From the NCBI GenBank assembly GCA_030740155.1, contig JASLXV010000009.1, positions 1 through 52,436 of the forward strand: a stretch of DNA of 52,436 bases. Reading direction: 5' to 3'. This stretch comes from Dehalococcoidia bacterium. GTDB taxonomy: Bacteria > Chloroflexota > Dehalococcoidia > Lucifugimonadales > UBA3495. Under the pieces are notes generated by a model. That model had not been told where the DNA came from. It saw nothing but the letters and a program-made list of their open reading frames with translations, and made no database searches. Positions 15,425-24,538 of the stretch are shown in pieces (position 1 is the first letter of the stretch; each line of letters begins with the position of its first letter). Made by a program: the position numbers and the translations under genes.

Positions 15425-16651
15425 ATGCAAGAAACACCGTCCACGCGCCCGTTGGAGAGCGTTACCGACAAGCAACGGCTCACCCTGCTGGTGGCAACCG
15501 TGGCAGGCCACGGCATCAAGCACATATTCAACTCAGCCTTCTTCATTCTTCTGCCTGAGATAAAGACGGGGCTTTTGTTGAGCAATACCCAGGTAGGCAC
15601 GCTCTCAACCGTTCGCAACGTCGTCGGTGGACTGTTCAATTTGCCCGCTGGTTTCACCGCGGACCGGTTCAGCCGGAGGCGCGCCGAGATCCTGGGCCTT
15701 TCCATTGCCTTGGTCGGATTCTTCGCGATGTTGTTGGGGCTGGCGCCGAATTTTTGGGTGGCCATGGTCGCATCCGCTCTCATGACCGCGGCCATCGCCT
15801 TCTGGCACCCGGCTGCGATTTCCTCCCTATCCCGCCACTTCGCGGCTCGCCGCGGCTTTGCCATTGCGCTGCACGGCACTGGCGGCAGCTTGGGCGAAAC
15901 AATCGGACCAACACTGGCGGGGGCGCTGATCATCGTTCTTGGCTGGCGGTTGGTTCTACAGTGGAGCGTGATCCCCGGCATCCTGCTCGGACTCCTGGTA
16001 TGGTTTGTTCTACGCTCCGTCCCAACAGGCGAGTCCGCCGCCGCCAGCATGAAATCCTACTTGAGGGCCTTTCGGCAGCTTTTCCGTAACGGTCGGGTGC
16101 TCCTGGTGCTTCTCTTTGCGGGAGGATACACCGGAGGGCACGCCGTCGTTCTGACGTTCCTGCCCATCTATCTCCGGGAAGACGCGGGGGTTTCCAGCGT
16201 CGTCGTGGGCCTCTATCTGTCCCTCGCCAACGTGGGCGGTATCGTGTCGCAGCCCCTGCTGGGCTACGCGTCTGACCGCCTGGGACGGAAAGCGGTCCTG
16301 GCTCCAAGCCTCACCATACTCGCCCTCTCCACCCTGAGCCTGTACCTGGCCCCTCCGGGATGGATCTTCGCGCTGGTGGTGTTGGTCATGGGCGCCTTCG
16401 CGTTCCCGCTGATGTCCATTCATCTGGCTGCGGTAATGGACTTGACCGAAGGAGGCATCCAGGCGACTGCCGTCTCGTTGGTGTTCGGCTCGGCTGTGGT
16501 TGTCTCCGGTATTACCCCCACCCTCGCTGGGATCCTGGCAGACGCTCTCAGCGTCAAGGCCACGTTTCTCATGGCCGGTGGCATCTTGCTGGCAACTGCT
16601 CTGGCAGCGGCAGTCACGCGGTGGCAAGTGGTGCCCGCCGTGAGGGAGTGA
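15425..16651 (+). CDS. MFS transporter (FSR-like)
   Basis: GH...H..........LLP.I, G..ADRF.RR, FWHP.A, RG.A..LH..GG.LG and G..SDRLGRK motifs; about 12 TM segments. Confidence 0.9.
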   Translation: MQETPSTRPLESVTDKQRLTLLVATVAGHGIKHIFNSAFFILLPEIKTGLLLSNTQVGTLSTVRNVVGGLFNLPAGFTADRFSRRRAEILGLSIALVGFFAMLLGLAPNFWVAMVASALMTAAIAFWHPAAISSLSRHFAARRGFAIALHGTGGSLGETIGPTLAGALIIVLGWRLVLQWSVIPGILLGLLVWFVLRSVPTGESAAASMKSYLRAFRQLFRNGRVLLVLLFAGGYTGGHAVVLTFLPIYLREDAGVSSVVVGLYLSLANVGGIVSQPLLGYASDRLGRKAVLAPSLTILALSTLSLYLAPPGWIFALVVLVMGAFAFPLMSIHLAAVMDLTEGGIQATAVSLVFGSAVVVSGITPTLAGILADALSVKATFLMAGGILLATALAAAVTRWQVVPAVRE

Positions 16652-17090
16652 GGGGGACCCGGAAAGGCGGGCAGGTCGCTAAACGAAAGCCGTGCTCCTG
16701 AGAGCGGATCGACGGTAAAGAAGGAACGAGACGTGGAGTGGAGGCGAAAGAAAGAAGGCGAACTGCTCGAGCCCAGGCCGGCGGCGTTCGTCCAACCTCC
16801 GCTCCCGTTAGTGTCGACGGTATAGCCTCCATAGACGCCCGGGTCCGCTACCACCGCGGGCGAAAAGTGATGACGATTTTCCGGCGGCTATCGTGGGACG
16901 ACCGGAGAGCCTCGCCTAACTAACGCCCCGACTCGGATCGACCGGCTGGGACCACCTCGGTTGATGGGAATTGACTGCCTCAAGTGGGGGTGATACCGTT
17001 CAAACAATTACGAATGCATCATCAAATCGAGCGGACAATGCCTGATCAGGGCAGTGTCGAGCTGAGGGCTCACCAGCAAGGAGATGGCGC

Positions 17091-18242
17091 TTGAAAGTCA
17101 CCGATGCCAAGACGTTTCTGGTCCATCCGGGCGTCGGCAAGAATCTCTGCTTCGTCAAAGTGGACACCGATGAGGGAATCCACGGCTGGGGGGAGTGCTA
17201 CACCCAGGCCGACCGAGACCTGCAAATCGTGGCCCACGTGGACCAGATGAAGCGGTATCTGGTCGGCCGGGACCCCATGAACATCAAGCACTTCACGCAG
17301 ATAGCCTACGACGATTTTGCCGGCCGGCGAGGCGCCATGGATTTCTACTCTGCCCTCAGCGGCATGGAACAAGCCATGTGGGATATCACCGGCAAGAAGC
17401 TTGGGGCCCCCGTCCACAAGCTGCTTGGCGGAGCCTGCCGCAGCCGGATACGAGTTTACGCCAACGGCTGGTCCGAGGGGGCCAAAGCACCGGAACCGCT
17501 GGCCGAGAAGGCTTCCCGGGTCGTAGAAATGGGGTTCACCGCCCTCAAATTCGATCCGGTTCCAGGGCCGTGGCGAACCTACATCAGCAAGGACGTGGAA
17601 CAGCAAGCCATCGAAAACGTCGGGGCGGTGCGCCGAGCGGTGGGACCGGACGTGGATATCCTGGTGGAAATGCATCGGCGGCTAGCCCCGAGGACCGCCA
17701 CTCGAATAGCGCGCTCCATCGAGCAGTACAATCCCTTCTGGTACGAGGAGCCGGTGCTGGCTGAAAACGTCGATGCCCTGGCCGCGGTAAAGCGGGAGGT
17801 TAATATTCCGGTAGTGACCGGCGAGGAACTCTACACCAAATTCGAGTTTCGCGAAGTCTTCGAAAAACAGGCCGCCGATATCATCAATCCGGATGTCTGT
17901 AACGTGGGTGGCATTCTGGAACTGAAAGAGATTGCCGCCATGGCCGAGGCCTACTTTGTGGTGGTGTCTCCCCATAACTACAACAGCACCACGATAGGGC
18001 TCGCCGCCACCATTCAATGCTCCGCCTGCATCCCCAACTTCCTCATCACCGAGTATTTTGTCAACCTGGAAAGTTTTGGACAGGCTATCGCGCTAAATCC
18101 CTTCGAGATGGTCGACGGATACATCCCGATCCCAGAAAGTCCCGGACTGGGCATCGAACTGGATGAGCGAGCCTTGGCCCTGTATCCCTACCAGCCTTTC
18201 CCGGCAAGGTCACCACGACAATACTACGAAGAAGGGCCCTAG
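17091..18242 (+). CDS. Galactonate-dehydratase-like enolase-superfamily enzyme
   Basis: VKVDTDEGI.GWGE, EQAMWDI.GK.LG.PV..LLGG..R, KFD, EMH.R, WYEEP, TGEE, NPD....GGI.E and SPHN motifs; TTG start with RBS AAGGAG. Confidence 0.92.
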   Translation: MKVTDAKTFLVHPGVGKNLCFVKVDTDEGIHGWGECYTQADRDLQIVAHVDQMKRYLVGRDPMNIKHFTQIAYDDFAGRRGAMDFYSALSGMEQAMWDITGKKLGAPVHKLLGGACRSRIRVYANGWSEGAKAPEPLAEKASRVVEMGFTALKFDPVPGPWRTYISKDVEQQAIENVGAVRRAVGPDVDILVEMHRRLAPRTATRIARSIEQYNPFWYEEPVLAENVDALAAVKREVNIPVVTGEELYTKFEFREVFEKQAADIINPDVCNVGGILELKEIAAMAEAYFVVVSPHNYNSTTIGLAATIQCSACIPNFLITEYFVNLESFGQAIALNPFEMVDGYIPIPESPGLGIELDERALALYPYQPFPARSPRQYYEEGP

Positions 18243-18505
18243 CGAGGATCATCCCTTTCCAAATTGCCGGATGCCGGGCTGGCAATCTCATTACGAAGGA
18301 GCACGGCCGCCGCCGCCCGGATCGATGCGACGCCCGCCAGCGTCCGTGACTGCTGCCACGCTGTTTACCTTGCGGAACCGGGCTGCACCGCCACTCACGG
18401 CTTTGCGGCAACGAGGCCGGAGGTCAAGGCATACACCGGGGAGCGACAATCTGGGAACTGGCACGGGAAACCCCGGCCGGCCTGACCTGAAAGGAAGGAC
18501 ATAGC

Positions 18506-19369
18506 ATGGCCGAGCGAAAGGTGTTGCTGACCGGAGCCACCGGCTACATTGCATCTCAACTCCTCCCCGTTTTCCGGGACCGGTACGAGCTTACATTGCT
18601 TGACGTGAGGGACGTGGACCGCGAAGGGAACCGGGTCTCGAACCTCATCACCACCGACCTGAGCGGGCCCGACCTCGGTAATTACGCCCAGCACTTCCGG
18701 GGAGTGGATACCGTGGTCCACCTGGGTTACAACCGCCGCCGCGGGGTGCCGCTGGACGACTTCTATGACGAGCAAGTGAACGTGGCCATGGCCTACAACG
18801 TCTTCCGGGCCGCCTACGAAGCCGGGGTCCGGCGAGTAGTGATGGCCAGCTCCAACCACGCCGCGGACTGGGACGAGCACGGCCTCATCCACGATCGAAG
18901 AATGGAGATGTTGGATCCCTATCAGCTTCCCCTTTCCGACAACTTCTACGGGTGGGCCAAAGCCACTTACGAGCACATGGGGTTCCTCTTCGCCTGCGGT
19001 GCCTTCGGACGCAAGCTGGAAGTGGTGATGGTGAGGATCGGCGCCCCCAGAGAGATAAGGGCCGAAGACTTCACCGGCGACCCCAAGGAATACAAACGAG
19101 ATCTGGGAGCCTACATCAGCCCGCGGGACTTGCGCCAACTGTTTGCCAAAGCGATCGATACCCCAAATATAGAAGACCAACGTGGTATACCCTGGCTGGT
19201 GGTCTACGGCATCAGCGACAACATCCGCAGCTTTTGGTCTCTGACTAGCGCCCGGGAAGTACTGGGATACGGGCCCGAAGACGACTCCGAGGTGAAGTAT
19301 GCTGAAGACATTCACCGATTCCTCACCGGGGAAGGCTCCGCAGGCGGTTTGGGCAGGGTAGGGACCTGA
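18506..19369 (+). CDS. NAD(P)-dependent epimerase/dehydrogenase (uronate-dehydrogenase-like extended SDR)
   Basis: TGATGYIA, ASSNHA, YGWAK, RIG and YGISDN motifs. Confidence 0.88.
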   Translation: MAERKVLLTGATGYIASQLLPVFRDRYELTLLDVRDVDREGNRVSNLITTDLSGPDLGNYAQHFRGVDTVVHLGYNRRRGVPLDDFYDEQVNVAMAYNVFRAAYEAGVRRVVMASSNHAADWDEHGLIHDRRMEMLDPYQLPLSDNFYGWAKATYEHMGFLFACGAFGRKLEVVMVRIGAPREIRAEDFTGDPKEYKRDLGAYISPRDLRQLFAKAIDTPNIEDQRGIPWLVVYGISDNIRSFWSLTSAREVLGYGPEDDSEVKYAEDIHRFLTGEGSAGGLGRVGT

Positions 19370-19602
19370 GCCGGCACCTGATGGCGACGGAGCAAAACGC
19401 CAAATCTGCCGTCATGGGTCCGTCATGGGTAAGGAAGCTCGAGCGAATCTGAGAGCAAGCAATCCATGGCGGGACTGAATGCAGGACAACTTCAACCTTC
19501 CGACGGCTTTCTCGCGCACCACTCGACATATAGCCAAATGTGAATCGCCCCTTTAACGTATAATGTCCCGCAATCGACCCAGGCAACCGGAGGGCAGGCG
19601 CA

Positions 19603-20298
19603 ATGAAACTACTGGTCATAACTGGTGGCAGGCATCCTTATGGAGAATCGACGCCGGTACTCGAGGGGTTCCTCAAGGAAGCGGGGCATGACGTCACGGT
19701 CAGCGAAGACCCATCGGTGCTGGCGGATTCAGCGAGTATGAGCGCCTATGACGCCTTGGTTTTCAACACGCGGAGGGAAAACGCCGCCGATTTCGCCGAA
19801 CTGGAACTGTCGCGCGGAGAACAGAATGGCATCAAGGACTTTATCCGGGGCGGCAAGGGCTTCGTTTGTCTTCACATCTCGGGGTGTGGTTCCGACTATT
19901 GGTCAGACTACCTTGAAATCACCGGCGGCGGCTGGGTATCCGGCACCAGCTACCATCCTCCCTACGGGAATTTCGCCGTGAACGTCAGCAACCCCGGCCA
20001 CCGGGGCGTTCGTGGCGTGTCCGACTTCTCCACCGACGACGAGCTATACATGGGCATCGATTACCAGGAAGGGAATGATGTCTTCATCACCGGGACATCC
20101 GAAGGCGGCACCTATCCCTGGGGCCCCAGCCGGGCGCCCACCGATATGCCCGCCGGCACGTTCCCGCTGGGTTGGACGCGAAAATACGGCCAGGGCAAGG
20201 TCTTTACGCTGCTTCTGGGGCACGACCGCAGTAGCTTCCAGACCCCGGAGTTCCAGAAAATAGTGCTCAACGGGGTCGACTGGGTCACGGCCGCCTAG
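19603..20298 (+). CDS. ThuA-like domain protein
   Basis: LVITGG.H, F..GGKGFV.LH, GG....H, F...DELY and W.R.YG.G.VF...LGHD motifs. Confidence 0.88.
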   Translation: MKLLVITGGRHPYGESTPVLEGFLKEAGHDVTVSEDPSVLADSASMSAYDALVFNTRRENAADFAELELSRGEQNGIKDFIRGGKGFVCLHISGCGSDYWSDYLEITGGGWVSGTSYHPPYGNFAVNVSNPGHRGVRGVSDFSTDDELYMGIDYQEGNDVFITGTSEGGTYPWGPSRAPTDMPAGTFPLGWTRKYGQGKVFTLLLGHDRSSFQTPEFQKIVLNGVDWVTAA

Positions 20299-20393
20299 AA
20301 TCCTCCGGTTGACCAGGGCAGCCATAGACTCCCAGCGCCACGCCGGGGAACTGTCAGCACCTTGGGTCAACATGCCGAGTGCTGAGAGACGCC

Positions 20394-21209
20394 TCAAGAG
20401 CCGAGATACCGGAAGCTGGCTGCCAGATTGTCGAAGACGTCCGGGGCCGGGGGTATCTCCATTATGGCGGGTCCGGCGTAGCCCTTGGCGTTCAGGATGT
20501 CCCGCATGCGCAGGCAGTTCAAGTCGCCGTCGTCCACGCTGCCGTGGGGTTCGCCGTTCCTGAGCTGTTTGAAATGGACAATCTTGATCATGTCCAAGGG
20601 CAGCGCATCCAGTTCTTCCAGCGGGTCGCTCCCGGGGAACCGCCTGAGCTGGTTGGTGGGGTCGGGACAAAGACCCAAATACGGCGCATGCGCGGGGGAC
20701 ATCCGGGCTCGCGCGGCCTTAACGAGCATGGCCAGGCTCCGGATAGGCTGACCGGAGTTCTCGATGGACATCACCACGCTTTGCCGGGCGGCCTCGGTTG
20801 CCGAAGCCGCGACATTGAGGGCCTCTGCCGGGATGTCCTCCGGCGACTCCCAGGGCGCGTCAAAGGGGCGCGGGTCCACCAGGCGGAGATGCGCCTGGGC
20901 CTTGCCGACCAGTTTGGCGCCGGCCAACGCGGCTTGGAAGCCTTCGCCTTGAGGGTCGATCATCTGGGTCAAGCACGGCAATGCCATGGCCAGATCGAAG
21001 GTCAGGCTCGGGTGAGCATCGACCAGGCCGGCGAGCCGGTCTAGATTGGGGCGCCAGTCCTCCCCGCTGCCATCTTCGCATCGGCCCAGGCAGGTCTGCC
21101 GTAGTTCGATGTGCCGGGCGCCCAACTGCCCGGCCTGCTCGACCAGGTCCATCAAGTCCCGTGATTCAAGCTGTTGCCGCCATGAATTGGTTATGGCGCC
21201 GAAAATCAT
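20394..21209 (-). CDS. Sugar-phosphate isomerase/epimerase-like TIM barrel (xylose isomerase/AP endonuclease 2 fold)
   Basis: G...IELR, SIEN, L.PD..N, VHFKQ, GDL and GY.GP...E metal-site pattern. Confidence 0.75.
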   Translation of the reverse strand: MIFGAITNSWRQQLESRDLMDLVEQAGQLGARHIELRQTCLGRCEDGSGEDWRPNLDRLAGLVDAHPSLTFDLAMALPCLTQMIDPQGEGFQAALAGAKLVGKAQAHLRLVDPRPFDAPWESPEDIPAEALNVAASATEAARQSVVMSIENSGQPIRSLAMLVKAARARMSPAHAPYLGLCPDPTNQLRRFPGSDPLEELDALPLDMIKIVHFKQLRNGEPHGSVDDGDLNCLRMRDILNAKGYAGPAIMEIPPAPDVFDNLAASFRYLGS

Positions 21210-21278
21210 GACCCGCTCCCTCTAGGTGGTTTTCCCAAGGCGATTCGCCGAAAATTGCGGCGGCGGCCGGGTCCGGCG

Positions 21279-21668
21279 CTAGACCAGGACTCCGAAGCCG
21301 GACTTGGTGCAAATCTCGATTCGGTTGCCGTCCGGGTCGTTCAGGTAGAACGCCCGTTGGCCGTCGTTCCGGGTTTGGATATCCGTGGTCTCGATTCCTT
21401 TTGCCGCGAGGGCGCTGCACGCCGCCTCGATGTCGTCCACCTCGAAGGCCGTGTGATGAGACGGAGCGGAGGGGGCCTCCGGATTTTCGATTATGTGGAC
21501 CATGGCCCCGCTGGGCAGTTGCAGCCAATAGAGGTGGTCGCCGTTGACCATCTTCGGTATCTGTTTGATTCCCAAAACATCCACGTACCACCGCAGCGCC
21601 TTGTCCTTATCTTTGACGTTGTAGGTGATGTGGTTGATACTCTTGAGCCGTAGATGGTCTTCAGTCAT
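21279..21668 (-). CDS. VOC/glyoxalase family protein
   Basis: INHI...V.D...A..WY..VLG, H.AFEV.D and FY..DPDGN.IE motifs; RBS GGAGG. Confidence 0.92.
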   Translation of the reverse strand: MTEDHLRLKSINHITYNVKDKDKALRWYVDVLGIKQIPKMVNGDHLYWLQLPSGAMVHIIENPEAPSAPSHHTAFEVDDIEAACSALAAKGIETTDIQTRNDGQRAFYLNDPDGNRIEICTKSGFGVLV

Positions 21669-21966
21669 GAAACCTCCGGTTGTCCAGAAATCTGACCGTG
21701 TTGCCGTCCATCATTATAGCTTGTCCACCTGCAATGGAATGGCTTATTGTGTGAATCATTCGCCAACGTCTAATTGTCTTAGGATCGGCTATCCGGGGGT
21801 TCAGGCATCACTATCAACGAAAAGTGATGGCGATTTGCCGGCGGCTATAATGTGAGGTGGCACGGGGCTTTCGCAAAATATCGCGTGGCTCCGGTCCCAC
21901 TGAGGTGGTCCACCTCAAGTTGCGGCCCTTCGACTGGCGGGCAACTGAAGAGAACGGAAGGAAGCC

Positions 21967-22971
21967 ATGAAATTCGGTGTAATCATTCAGCCGGACAACC
22001 TTGCCCAGCTCCCCGAGCGGGCCCGCCTCGCCGAAGAGGCAGGGTTCGACTACCTCGGGGTCGCCGAGTCCCAGTCGTTGGCTCGGGAACTTTACGTCAG
22101 CCTGAGCGTGGTGGCTCAGGCGACCAAAAAGGTGCGAATCGGGCCGACGGTCACCAACCCCCTCACCCGCCACCCCGCCGTAACCGCTTCGGCCATCGCG
22201 TCGATCAACGAACTCTCCGGGGGGCGGGCATTCCTGGGAATCGGCACCGGCAACAACTCGGTGCTCAACCTGGGGCTCCGTCCAGCCCGTCTGGCCCAGG
22301 TCAAGGAGTACATCGAGGCGGTACGGACCGTCTTGTCAGGACAGTCCTACCGGTACCAACAGCGGACCATTCATGTGGGCTGGTCCCGTGCGGCGGTGCC
22401 AATTCTCGTGTCGGCGGAAGGACCGAGGACTCTGGCCATGGCGGGGGCGGAGGCCGATGCGGCGTTGTTCCATACCGGATTGACCTCCGAGGTGCTTCGG
22501 GACTCGGTGGAACGGATCCGGGAAGGGGAACGGGCCGCCGGAAAACCGGAAGGTTCGACGGAGGTGTGGGCCTTTGCCAAATGCAGCATTGCCGGCCGGC
22601 GGGAGCAGGCTATCGGCGAGATCAAGACTGCCCTGGCCGGCAGCGCCCATACCGCCTTTCGCTTCACGCTGGAGGGGAAGCACGTGCCCGAGGCGCTCCG
22701 GGAGCCCATTTCGACCCTTTGCCGCGAATACACCTCGGCTCAACACGAGCAGCTGAGCGAGACGCGAAGAGCCGCCCTGAGCGATGAGTTGGGGTTGACC
22801 GACTACCTGGCGGACCGGTTCGCCGTGGCCGGCACACCGGCCCAGTGCCGGGAGAAGACACGGGCCATTCAGCGAGCCGAGGTGGCCGGGTTGTTCATAA
22901 CCTCTTACGGCGCCCAGCAAGAGGAGACCATCAGGCGTTTTGGCCGGGAAGTAATCGCCCATTTCCGCTGA
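21967..22971 (+). CDS. LLM-class flavin/F420-dependent oxidoreductase (Mer-like)
   Basis: ARLAEEAGFD, IGP.VTNP.TRHP.VTAS....ELSGGR..LGIG.G and GPRTL..AG..AD motifs. Confidence 0.93.
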   Translation: MKFGVIIQPDNLAQLPERARLAEEAGFDYLGVAESQSLARELYVSLSVVAQATKKVRIGPTVTNPLTRHPAVTASAIASINELSGGRAFLGIGTGNNSVLNLGLRPARLAQVKEYIEAVRTVLSGQSYRYQQRTIHVGWSRAAVPILVSAEGPRTLAMAGAEADAALFHTGLTSEVLRDSVERIREGERAAGKPEGSTEVWAFAKCSIAGRREQAIGEIKTALAGSAHTAFRFTLEGKHVPEALREPISTLCREYTSAQHEQLSETRRAALSDELGLTDYLADRFAVAGTPAQCREKTRAIQRAEVAGLFITSYGAQQEETIRRFGREVIAHFR

Positions 22972-23331
22972 CGAAATATATCGACCATGCCGGTTTGGTC
23001 AGCCGGTAATTCAGCGCGATCCCTGAGACAACCTCTCCCGAGTCCCATTTCATGCCGAGCCCTCTGTCGCTTTATTCTAGCCGGCTTCGGTGTCCCTCTG
23101 CCGTCCTGCCTAACCTCATCCGCAATCTGTGTACGACGTTGATGCAAACCGGCTCCCTCGTGGTATCATGGCTTCCGTCTACAACGGCGCCGCCCCTCAC
23201 GTTCATTGGAACCCCAGGTTGCGCGCCGGCGGGACACGGAAGTGGTCGCCCGTGCCGCGGACAAGTCGCAGAATCATCTGTGGGCAGGGCATGGTCTTCT
23301 CACTAAAGTCAATCGTGGAGAGATAACGCTC

Positions 23332-23847
23332 ATGGGCCAACAGCAGGCTCTATTCAGCCCCGAGATTGTGATTGAGGAAATGAAGAAGAACGGCGTGACT
23401 CACGTCGTGTGGCTGCCTGACAGCGAGACGAACTGGTTGTACAACCTCATGAAGGCGGAGCCTTCACTGGACCTTGTTACGGTGAGCCGGGAAGGTCAGG
23501 CATTCTCCACCGCCGCGGGCCTGGCGGTGGGCGGGGCCAAGCCGGTCATCCTGATACAGAACACCGGCCTGATGGAATCGGGTGATTCGCTGCGCGGCTG
23601 GGCCCTGGGAATGAATATCCCGGTGGTGCTGTTGGTAGGCTACCGTGGCTGGACCCGCCATGGCATCAACACAGACACCGCCGCAACCTATACCGAGCGA
23701 TTTCTGAACGCGTTCAACATTCAATACTTCCTGGTTGAGAACAATGACGACGCTCCCAGGCTCTCCCTGGCCTTTGCGGAGGCGGAAAAAGCCCAGCGTC
23801 CCGTCGCGGTGCTGATCGGGGATGAGTACCACGGCTTCAACCGATGA
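23332..23847 (+). CDS. ThDP-dependent decarboxylase alpha (PYR) subunit, sulfopyruvate/phosphonopyruvate decarboxylase-like
   Basis: VWLPDS, REG.A...AAG...GG.KP...IQN.G and IP....V.YRG motifs. Start set to ATG23332. Confidence 0.82.
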   Translation: MGQQQALFSPEIVIEEMKKNGVTHVVWLPDSETNWLYNLMKAEPSLDLVTVSREGQAFSTAAGLAVGGAKPVILIQNTGLMESGDSLRGWALGMNIPVVLLVGYRGWTRHGINTDTAATYTERFLNAFNIQYFLVENNDDAPRLSLAFAEAEKAQRPVAVLIGDEYHGFNR

Positions 23848-23922
23848 TTTCAGCCCCCTCGCCAAAGTCCGCCACCAGGCGGCAAGCTTCGATGGTCTTG
23901 GCGAACCTCTAGGAGATCAACA

Positions 23923-24513
23923 ATGATTCAAGTTGCGGATTTGCTCAAAGTATTCCAGCAGCACCGGGGCGACGCGGTGGTGATTCCCGGGAGGGGAGGG
24001 CGTTACTGGGTGAACATCAGCGACAAGCCGAACCGGGATGTGCCTCTGGGTGATCCGGCCATGGGCGGCCACGCTTCGTTCGCTCTGGGGCTTGCCCTGG
24101 CCCGGCCCAAGGAAAAGGTGGTGCTCTTCGACTCGGAGGGCGATGTCCTGATGAGCCTGGGAACCCTGGCCACGATCGCCGAGAAGAGCCCCGAGAACTT
24201 CTACCACTTCTTGATCGACAACGAGTGCTACGCCACCACCGGGGGGCAGCCGGTGCCAAACGCCAAGAACGTGGCCTACGATGTCATTGCGAAAGGCTCC
24301 GGATACCCTTCAACTTATGCTTTCGACAACCTTGAGGATTTCTCCAACAACATCGAGGCTATCCTGAGCCGGCCGGGCCCGGTCTTCGTAGCCCTGAAGG
24401 TCGTTCCGGAAGTCGAAAACGTGCCCATCGGCAGCCGCCGACGGTGGCTGACCCGCACCCGGGATGAAGTGATCCAGAACCTCCAGACAGAGCTGGGGCC
24501 CAGGGCCGGCTAA
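23923..24513 (+). CDS. ThDP-dependent decarboxylase beta (PP) subunit
   Basis: AMG.....ALGLALA.P...V...DSEG..LM.LG.L.T.A...P.N..H..IDN..Y.TTGGQP; RBS AGGAG. Confidence 0.85.
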   Translation: MIQVADLLKVFQQHRGDAVVIPGRGGRYWVNISDKPNRDVPLGDPAMGGHASFALGLALARPKEKVVLFDSEGDVLMSLGTLATIAEKSPENFYHFLIDNECYATTGGQPVPNAKNVAYDVIAKGSGYPSTYAFDNLEDFSNNIEAILSRPGPVFVALKVVPEVENVPIGSRRRWLTRTRDEVIQNLQTELGPRAG

Positions 24514-24538
24514 TCAGGCAGGCCGGAGCAGGTCCCGG

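Noticed and set aside
22972..23331. TPP riboswitch upstream of the ThDP enzyme
   Set aside because: CTGAGA is present, but the remaining conserved elements are not found in the right order.
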